In this document: one piece after another, positions 20,221-29,617 of the stretch | How positions within the stretch are numbered: position 1 is the stretch's first letter | How the letters are laid out: every line of letters starts with the position of its first letter | Source: an uncultured Nitrososphaerota archaeon | GTDB taxonomy: Archaea; Asgardarchaeota; Njordarchaeia; Njordarchaeales; Njordarchaeaceae | Reading direction: 5' to 3' | DNA: 64,000 nucleotides | Assembly (NCBI GenBank): GCA_964518475.1 | Contig: CAZFGR010000001.1 | Span: 96,001-160,000 of the forward strand | Position numbers and translations under genes: made by a program | The notes under the pieces: generated by a model | The model's input: the letters and a program-made list of their open reading frames with translations, nothing else | Told to the model about the DNA's origin: nothing | Databases searched by the model: none

Positions 20221-20649
20221 TTAAATAATGTTTAGTTCTTTTCCCACTTCAGTAGCAACTTCGTTTAATAATTTCTGCCCTTTTGAGGACACTTTTCTAC
20301 CTTCCACTGTTTTTACAACCAATCCTGCTGCTTCAAGTTGTTGTAGACACGTTCTTATTATTTTAGCCCCAGCCTTTACTTTACGTTCTGGTCTCGATCC
20401 TCTATTCTTCCGTCTCCCATAATGCTTCCTTAGATACCCCACACCTATAGGACCCCTCATATAAACCTGATATAATAGACTAGCAGCACGCAGGTACCAC
20501 CAGTCCGGTTGAATGGGGGGTCTTTCTCTATGAGGACCGGTTTTGATAAATCTCGCCCACTCTGGCATTTTAATTTGAGGAATTTCTTTTAGTCTTTCAG
20601 CTAATTTCTTAATAAGTGCGCTTGGCGGGACATCATACGGTATCAACAT
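20221..20649 (-). CDS. rps19e: 30S ribosomal protein eS19
   Basis: PEWARFIKTG...WWYLRAAS...IIRTCLQQLE. Confidence 0.97.
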   Translation of the reverse strand: MLIPYDVPPSALIKKLAERLKEIPQIKMPEWARFIKTGPHRERPPIQPDWWYLRAASLLYQVYMRGPIGVGYLRKHYGRRKNRGSRPERKVKAGAKIIRTCLQQLEAAGLVVKTVEGRKVSSKGQKLLNEVATEVGKELNII

Positions 20650-20667
20650 CCCAGCTCACCAGGCATT

Positions 20668-20970
20668 TTATACTTTGACTATTTCGAATTTTTTCATTCT
20701 CCTTAATCCAACATGCCTTGATTTACCACATACGCTGCACGTGAGAACTAAATCTATTTTCCTAGTTGTCTTCGTATGCAGTTTCCATTGTGATATAGGT
20801 CTTTTACTATATCTACCATGGTTTCCGTGCCCCTTAGATCTCCTTTCAGCTCTTCTCTGTCCCTTAGATAAAGCTCTACGCACCTTCTTAACAACTTCCA
20901 CCTTAACTTTATGCTCAGTATATGTATTACAGCGTGGACAATACTTTCTAATCTTCTCTGGAAACTTCAT
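20668..20970 (-). CDS. rpl44e: 50S ribosomal protein eL42 (L44e)
   Basis: MKFPEKIRKYCPRCNTYTEHKV...KTTRKIDLVLTCSVC. Confidence 0.96.
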   Translation of the reverse strand: MKFPEKIRKYCPRCNTYTEHKVKVEVVKKVRRALSKGQRRAERRSKGHGNHGRYSKRPISQWKLHTKTTRKIDLVLTCSVCGKSRHVGLRRMKKFEIVKV

Positions 20971-21024
20971 GGCTCGCCACCATAGTTACATACATTATGT
21001 GAAAACTACTCGTGCGTAATGTTT

Positions 21025-21699
21025 TTAAAAATATATTCTTACACCAAAATCCTTACCTATCCATTTAGCCTTACCGTCTTTAACGAGTATATCTAAGGTT
21101 TTGAGGATAATTTCTCTTGGCAGATCTGGAAATAATTGTGATAGAACACTCATTCTTACGATTTCTAGCCCTATATTTATAGCTTCTTCGTAAATAATTT
21201 GTGCCAATTTTCTTGGTGCCAACCATAGGATTACTATATGTTCTTCATCCAAAAATTTCGCAATTCCTTTCTGCACCAATAGGTTAACGGCAACCTTTAT
21301 ATCTTCTAGCCCTAATCCTCTGCCTTCTTTATCCTTGAAGGGAAAAGTATTGAGTAGATCTAGGAGAGAGAAAAGAAACCTCCCATTTTTTCTTGCATAA
21401 GTTATGATAATGTCGGCCCATTTAGTATACCAGGCTTTTAAAAATTTTTCATGCGGCTTTATTCTGAACCATGCTTCGTAAACTATCGAAGGATAATTCA
21501 CATTTTTCGACAAATTTTCTAGCCTTTCTCTCATCCTTTTCATGAATTCCTTCTCCAGAATTCGTGCAACAGGCGTGACTAATGCTTTTTCCCCGCTTTC
21601 TTCCTTCTCAAACGTCGTTTTGATAGCTTCTATGTCCTGATCTTCTTTTTCTTTAATCACTTTTAGCTCTTCCTCTTTTTCAGCTTGCTTTTCACTCAT
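21025..21699 (-). CDS. vps25: ESCRT-II Vps25-like protein
   Basis: W-x3-WADIIITY, PF...RGLGLEDI, ILW, FPDLPREIILKTLDILVKDGKAKWI...GVRI (tandem wHTH); follows vps4. Confidence 0.88.
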   Translation of the reverse strand: MSEKQAEKEEELKVIKEKEDQDIEAIKTTFEKEESGEKALVTPVARILEKEFMKRMRERLENLSKNVNYPSIVYEAWFRIKPHEKFLKAWYTKWADIIITYARKNGRFLFSLLDLLNTFPFKDKEGRGLGLEDIKVAVNLLVQKGIAKFLDEEHIVILWLAPRKLAQIIYEEAINIGLEIVRMSVLSQLFPDLPREIILKTLDILVKDGKAKWIGKDFGVRIYF

Positions 21700-21727
21700 T
21701 TCAATTACCTAATTACTCATTACGAGC

Positions 21728-22879
21728 CTACTCTGATGCATATTTACGAGCCCATTCAACGTATTTTCTTATTTCCTCTTTAGTAATACTGGACCTCACT
21801 TTACGTAAGGCTCTGAGAAAGTCCTCCATATTTACTGGCCTTGGCTTAGCATCTTTTTTGGATAATAATCCTTTTTCGGCTAATTCTCTAATGGGATACA
21901 TTATGGCTTCTCTCACTACCAGAGCAATATCGTGCCCAGTATATCCCTCAGTCAACTCGGCCAATTTATCAAGATCCACGTCACCCGCTATTTCTACGCC
22001 TTTAAGATGTATCCTAAAGATCTCTTTCCTAGCCCCGAAGTCAGGGAGGGGTACATATATTCTTTTCTCAAATCTTCTTCTAAATGCTGGATCAATTGCC
22101 TCGGGTACGTTTGTAGCTCCTATAACTACTATTCGCTCATCTGGAGAAGATAATAATCCGTCCATTTCTGTGAGAAAAATAGTTTTTACTCTATGGATAG
22201 CATCATTATCATCCGATTTCCTCACACTAGCTATTGCATCAACTTCGTCGATAAAAATTATAGCTGGCTGGTTTTTCCGCGCTAAATTAAAAATGCTTTT
22301 TACGATTTTCTCTGATTCTCCTAACCACTTTGACAGAATAAGAGCAGCATCAACATTTAAAAATGTAGCATCCACATTACTGGCAACAGCTTTGGCTAAT
22401 AGTGTTTTTCCACAGCCCGGAGGGCCAAATAATAATATACCTTTCCAAGGTCTACGCGATCCCCGAAACAAATCAGGTCTTTGCAAAGGCCAGACGATTG
22501 CCTCCATTAATGCTCTTTTAGCATTTTCTAAGTCAGCTATATCTTCCCAGCGCACTTTCGGTTTCTCAATAATTACTGCTTCTCTAGCAACTTTTTCGAA
22601 TTCACTCTCTTCTTTCCCACTGCTATAACTTCTCTTGCTTTTAGCCTCTCCAAGTAATTTTTGAATTCGCGCAGAATATTGTCTAAGTCTTTTTTCGTAG
22701 ATTTTCTTAATACGCTCCCTAGACTCCAATTTTACTAATTTTTTCAGTGTTGTAATTGCTTTATAGTAATATATTATAGCTAGTCGGGGATTCCCTTTTT
22801 CATCTGCTTCAATAGCTTTCTTAGCATAACTGGCCGCTACCTCTCGTAGCAATTCTAGGTCATACTCCATATTAGACAA
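21728..22879 (-). CDS. vps4: Vps4 AAA+ ATPase (MIT + AAA)
   Basis: MIT helix bundle; [40 protein letters not shown]. Confidence 0.95.
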   Translation of the reverse strand: MSNMEYDLELLREVAASYAKKAIEADEKGNPRLAIIYYYKAITTLKKLVKLESRERIKKIYEKRLRQYSARIQKLLGEAKSKRSYSSGKEESEFEKVAREAVIIEKPKVRWEDIADLENAKRALMEAIVWPLQRPDLFRGSRRPWKGILLFGPPGCGKTLLAKAVASNVDATFLNVDAALILSKWLGESEKIVKSIFNLARKNQPAIIFIDEVDAIASVRKSDDNDAIHRVKTIFLTEMDGLLSSPDERIVVIGATNVPEAIDPAFRRRFEKRIYVPLPDFGARKEIFRIHLKGVEIAGDVDLDKLAELTEGYTGHDIALVVREAIMYPIRELAEKGLLSKKDAKPRPVNMEDFLRALRKVRSSITKEEIRKYVEWARKYASE

Positions 22880-23045
22880 CCATCCCCTTCAATGCACTTT
22901 ATACTACTACTTCAAACAATATATTTAATAGAATTTGACTGACTATAGTTATTGGGCATCATAAGATACAAATAACAAAAAATCACTAAATAGTCCGAAT
23001 AATATATCTTAAGTATTCTGAACATAATGACTAGAAAGAGAATGA

Positions 23046-24749
23046 GTGTATAAAGAGTTGTCTCCCTTTAGTTTAACTCTCAGAAATCTGGGTGATTCCG
23101 TGTCAATAAGTAGTCTTAAGGATTATGAGAAGATTCTTCAAATTTTCGTTGAAACTCTTAAAGAGCTTAAAAGTCCAATGGAACGTCGTTTACTTACTCT
23201 CAATATCGCTGAACATGTGCCCGAGATCAAATGGTGGGGCATCTCCGTTTTAGCTGACAGAATTTTTGAGGACTTATTAAAAGAAAAACAAGATGCAATA
23301 ACTCTCGCAATAGCCGCTAAAATAATCGTTAAGGAATATCCCGAGAAATCTTTAATGTATGCTCGTAGGGTACTCTCTGAGTTAGAAAATCTTAGTGAAT
23401 GGGAATATGATCGTGCCCTCTCCTTAATATATGTAGCTCTCGCACTTGAACAATTAAATGAGCACGAAATGGCGTTTTCAGCGCTTAGAGATGCTCTTAA
23501 ATGGGCCAGGAAAATACCTGATAGATCTGATCGCTCTATAATTCTTAGCAAGCTCATACCTATGATTTATAGATCTGGCCAAAGATCACTGGCATTAACA
23601 CTTATTGATGAAGTTGTTTATACTCCCAAAAAAGTTGATGCAGTGCTAGGAATTATAAGACACTTAACAATAAGTGACGAGAATATATTAGAGCATCTCC
23701 TTAGGAAAATTCCTTCCGATGAACAACCAATAGCATTAGCGACTTGGGCGGACACTATATCTCCTAGCAATCCAAGCAAAGTTTTGGAAATATGTAATAG
23801 AGCTTTAGGCGAGTTGGAGGAAAGAGGAGAAAAAGAAAGCCTGCGTGCTGCAACAGTTTATTTACGATGCTTCTCGGCGTTGATAAGAATTAAAAATAAC
23901 CCTCTCATAAGCAATAAAGCACTTGAGATCTACTCCTCGTTACGCAATACTTTGATTAAAAAAATAGAAGAGCGCCCTTACCTTAATCTATTCCTGGAAC
24001 TTATCGAAATTCTCACACGGGAGAAGTACATTGAAAGAGTACGTGAAATACTGAGCCGTCTTAAAATATTAGCGAAGAGAAAAACTCCTCCCGATAATCT
24101 CTTTATCTTAAACAAAATAGCCTATATCTATGCTAAAATAAATGATTTCAGTCAAGCAGCCGAGAACCTCACTAAAGTCTTGGGGATTAGCCGAACATTA
24201 GAAAAACTCTTAGCCGTCCCAGCAATGATTGACTCGGCCATCACAGCAACAGCTATTATGAATGAATTTCCAGCTACTATTCCAAGAGAACTCGTTTTAG
24301 AATATGCTGATATGATTCGCCCCGCGGAGTACTTCGAACTAAAAATTCATTTATCGCGAGAAAACTTCGAGTTCCTTAAAACGTTATATCCGGGTCAAAC
24401 GCTTAGTGAGGCTATTAATTCAATAATCCTGAAAGGTAGAATTCTTGAGAGCATGAGATTGGATGAGAATATTAAAAAGTTGGTTCAAAAACTTGTAGAT
24501 CTGGGTGAATACACGATTCTCCACTATTTATTAAAGTATATCTATTCGGTAGGTATACCAGAATCTGAGAGACAAACACTTCTTAACCTCTTAGGAAGAA
24601 CTGTCGAAATGCTTACACTTAATCAAATAGATGAAGCAAAATCATATATTGAGTTGATATTGTCGAGACTCGAAAGAAATGGTATTCCATTGATACCTAT
24701 TCTCTACCAATACTTCAGCGAATACGTAATAGCTCTTCTCCTGAGATAG
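23046..24749 (+). CDS. All-helical (TPR/alpha-solenoid-like) protein of unknown function
   Basis: Repeating amphipathic helices (A-x2-A-x2-IPD-x3-R pattern); no catalytic motif seen. Confidence 0.6.
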   Translation: MYKELSPFSLTLRNLGDSVSISSLKDYEKILQIFVETLKELKSPMERRLLTLNIAEHVPEIKWWGISVLADRIFEDLLKEKQDAITLAIAAKIIVKEYPEKSLMYARRVLSELENLSEWEYDRALSLIYVALALEQLNEHEMAFSALRDALKWARKIPDRSDRSIILSKLIPMIYRSGQRSLALTLIDEVVYTPKKVDAVLGIIRHLTISDENILEHLLRKIPSDEQPIALATWADTISPSNPSKVLEICNRALGELEERGEKESLRAATVYLRCFSALIRIKNNPLISNKALEIYSSLRNTLIKKIEERPYLNLFLELIEILTREKYIERVREILSRLKILAKRKTPPDNLFILNKIAYIYAKINDFSQAAENLTKVLGISRTLEKLLAVPAMIDSAITATAIMNEFPATIPRELVLEYADMIRPAEYFELKIHLSRENFEFLKTLYPGQTLSEAINSIILKGRILESMRLDENIKKLVQKLVDLGEYTILHYLLKYIYSVGIPESERQTLLNLLGRTVEMLTLNQIDEAKSYIELILSRLERNGIPLIPILYQYFSEYVIALLLR

Positions 24750-24754
24750 AAATT

Positions 24755-25645
24755 CTACGTATTAGCATAATCAACCATTTCTGTATTCACACCTTGTTCT
24801 TTCAAAATTTTCTTTACGATTTCTCTCAAATCGCTGAAGGGTATCCTATACTTCTTGTTAAAGTATTTTAGTATTCTTAAGATGTCTTTAGACAGATACT
24901 CTGTAGCTTCAGGTCTAGTCGAAACTATATACTGAGGAAAATCGATAAGATATACCTCTCCGTTCTCTGTAACAAGTATGTTGAATTCGCTAAGATCTGC
25001 GTGAACAATACCTGCTTTAAAAGCCTTAATTATTTCTCTAATAATTTTTTCGAAAATTTCTAAAGGCTCTAATAACTTTGTCTTTACCAGTTCAACGCCA
25101 TCAATATAATCCATCACAATTACATGTCGACTCCGGGCAATTGGTCGAGGAACATGAACGCCCGAGTTGTAAAGAATTTTTAATGCGTGAAACTCCCGTC
25201 TAGCGCTTCTAAAAGCTAATTGGAACCACGAATATACTCGATTTGGCACATAATAGTATCTGTACCATCTGATTCTTCTAAAGCTCTCTCGACTAATTCT
25301 GTATAGTTTCAAAATACGCGGTTCACTATTAAAGTAAGCAATCCATATGTCTCCTTCTTTTCCCATGCCGATTTTTGGTCCTACTTTTGTAATGACTCCA
25401 TACATGCTTAGGGATCGCAAAGCTATTGCATCAAGTCCTTTATATGTAAGACTATATCCAACATACTCTTCTTGTTTCTTCTTAACTAATTTATACTTCA
25501 GGAGAAAATCCATTATCTGTTCTAACTTATTAGGTTTTACTCGCACTTTTTTAGCTATATATTGTAGTGGTACGTACTCGAACCGCCTTAGGGATTTTTC
25601 TAGAACCAATAGAATTTCGTAGTGTAGTGTGCTTAGATGCTTCAT
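24755..25645 (-). CDS. rio2: Rio2 atypical kinase
   Basis: N-terminal wHTH (FEYVP, GYSLTYKGLD), GMGKEGD, HADLSEFNI, IDFPQ. Confidence 0.95.
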   Translation of the reverse strand: MKHLSTLHYEILLVLEKSLRRFEYVPLQYIAKKVRVKPNKLEQIMDFLLKYKLVKKKQEEYVGYSLTYKGLDAIALRSLSMYGVITKVGPKIGMGKEGDIWIAYFNSEPRILKLYRISRESFRRIRWYRYYYVPNRVYSWFQLAFRSARREFHALKILYNSGVHVPRPIARSRHVIVMDYIDGVELVKTKLLEPLEIFEKIIREIIKAFKAGIVHADLSEFNILVTENGEVYLIDFPQYIVSTRPEATEYLSKDILRILKYFNKKYRIPFSDLREIVKKILKEQGVNTEMVDYANT

Positions 25646-25678
25646 TATGTCTACTACTTCTAGTAAGCTAATTTCATC

Positions 25679-26347
25679 TCACCTCTTCAATTTTTCACCA
25701 CATTCAGAATGTAAATAGCATCGAAGTATCCTTCTCGGTGTGCTAAAGATTACCTCGATAACTTCTTCATTTCTTTTAATGCCTTGCCCACATTCTAGAC
25801 AATATCCACTTCTGCTTAACTTTTTTTCTTCAAAAGCTAGGCGTACGAACCGCCATTCTCTTTTCCATACATTGAAACTCGTCTTAACGAGACTTTTTCT
25901 TTCCTCTAGATCAAGGCCCACCCACTTTAAAAGTTCGATCACATAGTCTCTATAGTGTATTAATCTCTTAACTAGTAGTCTAGGAACTCCTATTTCAATT
26001 AAGTGAAAATCAAAGCGAGCCTCTACTAGATCTTGTAATCTTGACTCTATTTTCGTCGGCATCCATCTCCAACCGTTTTCTTCGAAAAAAGCAAAAACGG
26101 GCTCGAAAAAAGTTCCTCGACAGATTTTTATGAGATCATCTTCTGGTTTGAACTTTAGCTCTTTAAGAAGACTCGCAACTGATTTTACCAATTCTTCCTG
26201 AAGAATTGACTTATCAGCTCCTTCTTTGAAAAAATCTATTGGAATAATTCTAGCGCTAAATTTGTTTCCTCTCAAACCCCCTATTACAACGCCTCCTACG
26301 GGACATCCCACCCCTGCATCATCGATTTCAACGATCATATTATACAA
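25679..26347 (-). CDS. RNase HII-like fold protein with C-terminal CxxC...HxxC zinc finger
   Basis: N-terminal IDDAGVGCPVGGVVIG resembles RNase HII IDEAGRG; CLEC...LHSEC. Confidence 0.55.
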   Translation of the reverse strand: MYNMIVEIDDAGVGCPVGGVVIGGLRGNKFSARIIPIDFFKEGADKSILQEELVKSVASLLKELKFKPEDDLIKICRGTFFEPVFAFFEENGWRWMPTKIESRLQDLVEARFDFHLIEIGVPRLLVKRLIHYRDYVIELLKWVGLDLEERKSLVKTSFNVWKREWRFVRLAFEEKKLSRSGYCLECGQGIKRNEEVIEVIFSTPRRILRCYLHSECGEKLKR

Positions 26348-26438
26348 CTCCCAGACACTACTCCTTTATAATGTATTTGGTGCTAATTTGATTACCATTT
26401 ATAAAGAGTTAAAGATCTAAAGATCCTGGTGCAATATT

Positions 26439-27023
26439 ATGGAAGTTGATGAAAAAGTAGAAGAAAAGGAGTTAGAGAAAGAAGTCGAGTTTATTAAGAA
26501 AATTTTCTCAGAAGAATTTGTGGAAAGTGAGGAGAGGAAAAAACCACACGAAAAAATCTCCGCAGAGAAAATTCGGATAGAGACTGATATTTCTCAGGTA
26601 CTTATGGAAGTTCGGGAAAACCTTTCTCATATCTCAGAAGAAATCGAGAAACTCCGAAACGATTTTGACTTACTACTCAATTCAGTTAATGAAATAAAAG
26701 GCATTCTTTTACTATCTGCGCGACCACCAGAGAAATTCCCGAGAAAAGGTATTGGAAATGTATTCAGTAGACCGAGTAGCGAAAACATTGACGAAGTATT
26801 AAGAGAAATTGAAAAAACAGTGTTTTCACCCGTTGATAAACTGATTGTACAGGCAATTAAAGTAGAAGGATTAAAGATTTGGCTTGAGGAATTATTTGAT
26901 GAGATAGAGAAGGGTCATTTAGAAATCCCTGAAGATAGGGTATCAGAGGCTAAAAAACTTTACAAACTTCTTTTGCAAGCATCTAGGAATCTACGTGACC
27001 AGATATTACTCTCTGCTAGATAG
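26439..27023 (+). CDS. Hypothetical coiled-coil protein
   Basis: Heptad-rich, E/K-rich ORF with GGTG SD-like site. Confidence 0.6.
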   Translation: MEVDEKVEEKELEKEVEFIKKIFSEEFVESEERKKPHEKISAEKIRIETDISQVLMEVRENLSHISEEIEKLRNDFDLLLNSVNEIKGILLLSARPPEKFPRKGIGNVFSRPSSENIDEVLREIEKTVFSPVDKLIVQAIKVEGLKIWLEELFDEIEKGHLEIPEDRVSEAKKLYKLLLQASRNLRDQILLSAR

Positions 27024-27939
27024 TGAATACTCGCGCCCCCCATTTCCTAATAATTTCACTCACAATAGTCTCTTCCGTTTTAATGATAACTGGTAAAGAG
27101 GATAATTTATAAAACATCTTCTTTCCCACACGTTCTCCATGTATTAATCCTAGTTCTTCGAGTTCTTTTAGATGTCGCGATATCGTAGCGGGGGATTTAT
27201 TGATGATGTCTGAGATTAATTTTGCGAAAAGTCCATTATCATAAATTGTTAAAAGCCACAAAATTCTGAGTTTTGTTCCCTTGAGCTTCTTAATCATGTT
27301 AACGACGTCTAATCCTAATTCTTCTGGGGAGCGTATTTGCAGAAGAAGAGATAATAGCGGATTCTGAACTACACGAGACACTTTTCCGAATCTCCTCGAG
27401 ACAATTTCCCTAACATCTTTTTCGCTCGGATATGTCATAACTATTATCTGCCACGCATTATCTTCTTCGAAGAGCCCTCTTTCAAGCCCTTCTAATACTA
27501 AATAAGGTCGAAGCTCGATACATATTGATTTGTTCTTAGGAAACTTCTCAAGTGCTTTCATAACGTCCTCTATCGATGTCCAACCAGAATCTAGAATAAA
27601 GAAGCAACTAGCGGAAGAATTGATATCCTTATCTAAGCTTTCTAATAGTTGCACGTTAACATATTTTTTCAAAATGTTGTAAACGTACCTTATTGTTGTT
27701 GTTTTACCTACTCCTCTTGGCCCCGTTAAAATTATTCTCATCTTTTCCTCTAATCTACAGACCGCTGCTAGAATTTTTGCAAGCGTTCTAACTGAGTGTG
27801 TCTCGATAAAAAATTGCTTAAAATCTTCATCAGACACAAGTTCAATCTTCTCTGGCTTTAAAATAGCCATGAGGTACTGCCGTATCTTGTCCCTTTCATG
27901 TTCTCCTAGGATTTTTAAAATTTCCTGCTCTATACTCAA
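27016..27939 (-). CDS. P-loop ATPase fused to a C-terminal ArsR-like wHTH
   Basis: Walker A GPRGVGKTT, weak Walker B FFILD; SPATISRHLKELEELGLI...GKKMFYKL. Confidence 0.75.
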   Translation of the reverse strand: MSIEQEILKILGEHERDKIRQYLMAILKPEKIELVSDEDFKQFFIETHSVRTLAKILAAVCRLEEKMRIILTGPRGVGKTTTIRYVYNILKKYVNVQLLESLDKDINSSASCFFILDSGWTSIEDVMKALEKFPKNKSICIELRPYLVLEGLERGLFEEDNAWQIIVMTYPSEKDVREIVSRRFGKVSRVVQNPLLSLLLQIRSPEELGLDVVNMIKKLKGTKLRILWLLTIYDNGLFAKLISDIINKSPATISRHLKELEELGLIHGERVGKKMFYKLSSLPVIIKTEETIVSEIIRKWGARVFTI

Positions 27940-28199
27940 AATTATCCCGCGTGCACAATTCCTAGTTGAGATTGTTGAGATTTATGATAATGATTGCAAC
28001 TATATTTATATTTTTAGATCGAGGGTAATACGTTAAGAAGAAGAGCTGTTTAGTTAGAATAATTGCTTAAGTGTGATTTAATACCAATATAGATGAAGAA
28101 AACACCATTTTCGGGAAATAAAATAGCTCTCTACCTACTACTAGTTATGTAGGGTTAACCGAGGCTATTCTTAATTATAATTGATTGAAAATCACAAAA

Positions 28200-28439
28200 T
28201 CAGCTAGTCTTATCGTTCAGCTCAGCGAGCTTCTTTGATATTTGTAAAATTCTTTCCTTTATTTCTTCAATATCTTCAATAAGCATAGCCGTTGTTTCCC
28301 TCGACACCCGTCTCAGATCCTCTATATCGTGTTTTAGTGCATTAATTTGATCCAATAATTTATCCAAAAAGATAATTGCTTTTCGAGCTTTATTAAGAAT
28401 CTCTTGGTCGACGTCAGTTGATCCTTCCACGGAAAGCAC
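28200..28439 (-). CDS. Small coiled-coil protein
   Basis: Continuous heptad pattern; typical composition for this genome. Confidence 0.55.
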   Translation of the reverse strand: MLSVEGSTDVDQEILNKARKAIIFLDKLLDQINALKHDIEDLRRVSRETTAMLIEDIEEIKERILQISKKLAELNDKTS

Positions 28440-28655
28440 CTATCCCTTGGGATTCGTTATAATTTCTTAAAATTATCGTCTGATTCCTTAACAATACCAG
28501 CTAAGGAAGAATATTACTTTTAACCCATTACATATTATCGTAAGTTTGACTATTTCAACATTCTGACTATGTGTATTACAACAATATTTCTTGCATTTTA
28601 AACATTCTTTACCAAAAACGTATTTCTGGATTATGAAGAATACGGTGAGTTCACA

Positions 28656-29264
28656 TTGGGTTTTCTTCGCAGACTTCTGGGTAGGGTAAACAAAAGAAGT
28701 ATTCGACTTGGAATATTTGGAGAAGTAGGAGCTGGCAAAACTACTCTCGCCAACTATATAACTAAGAAGCATTTGGGCAAAGAAGTAGGTTCAGTTACTG
28801 GAATTCCGCATGAAACTCGTCGAGTAAATACTATAGAGAATCTTATTCTCCGAATAGATGGTAAGGAATTGAACTTTACGATTATAGATACGCCTGGTTT
28901 ATCCACTTACATTGACTATCGTGAGTTTCTAAAACACGGTTTAAGCGAAGAAGAGGCTATTGAGAGAGCTAAGGAGGCTACAAAAGGAGTTATCGAAGCT
29001 ATAAAGGAACTAGATAATGTCGATGCAGCAATTATAGTTATTGATTCTACACGATTACCTTTTAATCAAGTGAATATGATGCTTATAGGAACGCTGGAAC
29101 TGAAGAAGATTCCATTTGTAATTGCAGCGAATAAGATCGATAAACCAGAGTCTAGGCCAGAATTAGTGAAAGAAACTTTCCAAAAAAAGGTAGTAGTTCC
29201 AATATCCGCTCTCACCGGTCAAAATGTTGAACAACTATTAGAAAAATTAACAAAACAAATTTAA
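28656..29264 (+). CDS. Era-like small GTPase, OapA/ArvA family
   Basis: Amphipathic N-terminus MGFLRRLLGR; GEVGAGKTTLAN, IPHETRR, DTPG, ERAKEATKGVIEAIK, ANKID, PISAL. Confidence 0.85.
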   Translation: MGFLRRLLGRVNKRSIRLGIFGEVGAGKTTLANYITKKHLGKEVGSVTGIPHETRRVNTIENLILRIDGKELNFTIIDTPGLSTYIDYREFLKHGLSEEEAIERAKEATKGVIEAIKELDNVDAAIIVIDSTRLPFNQVNMMLIGTLELKKIPFVIAANKIDKPESRPELVKETFQKKVVVPISALTGQNVEQLLEKLTKQI

Positions 29265-29277
29265 CAGAGGCGTCACT

Positions 29278-29610
29278 ATGCGCATCGGCATTGAATATTT
29301 CTCTATTGACTTCTTTAGAAAGCTGCTTAATAAAGGGTATTTTCACCAAATAGTTAGAAAGTTTCGATCTGGTTACGTAATTATAGTGGAGGGGTCACTT
29401 TCACCGCTGGAGAAATCAAACATACTTAAAGAGATAATGAAGGTGATTGATACTGAATTCTATGGTATCGAATTCTTCGAAGTTACGGCTCCTGGAAGGA
29501 TACGAAGGAAAAAAATGGTTACAATTATTACACCAAAGCTTCGCATGATGAATTTTGAAGTCACAAGGCATCTTGGCGACTACGAAATTTTGTTTCACTT
29601 AAGATCCTAG
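29278..29610 (+). CDS. DUF2073 (OapB/ArvB)-like protein
   Basis: IIVEGSLSPLEKSNILKEIMKVIDTEFYGIE...TIITP; directly after the OapA/ArvA homolog. Confidence 0.7.
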   Translation: MRIGIEYFSIDFFRKLLNKGYFHQIVRKFRSGYVIIVEGSLSPLEKSNILKEIMKVIDTEFYGIEFFEVTAPGRIRRKKMVTIITPKLRMMNFEVTRHLGDYEILFHLRS

Positions 29611-29617
29611 GTTTTAA

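Noticed and set aside
21858-22628. Long antisense ORFs (also 42354-42908, 43008-43493, 59249-59908 and many shorter ones)
   Set aside because: They shadow well-conserved genes on the opposite strand and have the Ser/Ile/Phe-rich composition typical of antisense frames.
27940-28655. Replication origin with ORB repeats
   Set aside because: No repeated ORB-like motif found by eye; kept only as a weak hypothesis.
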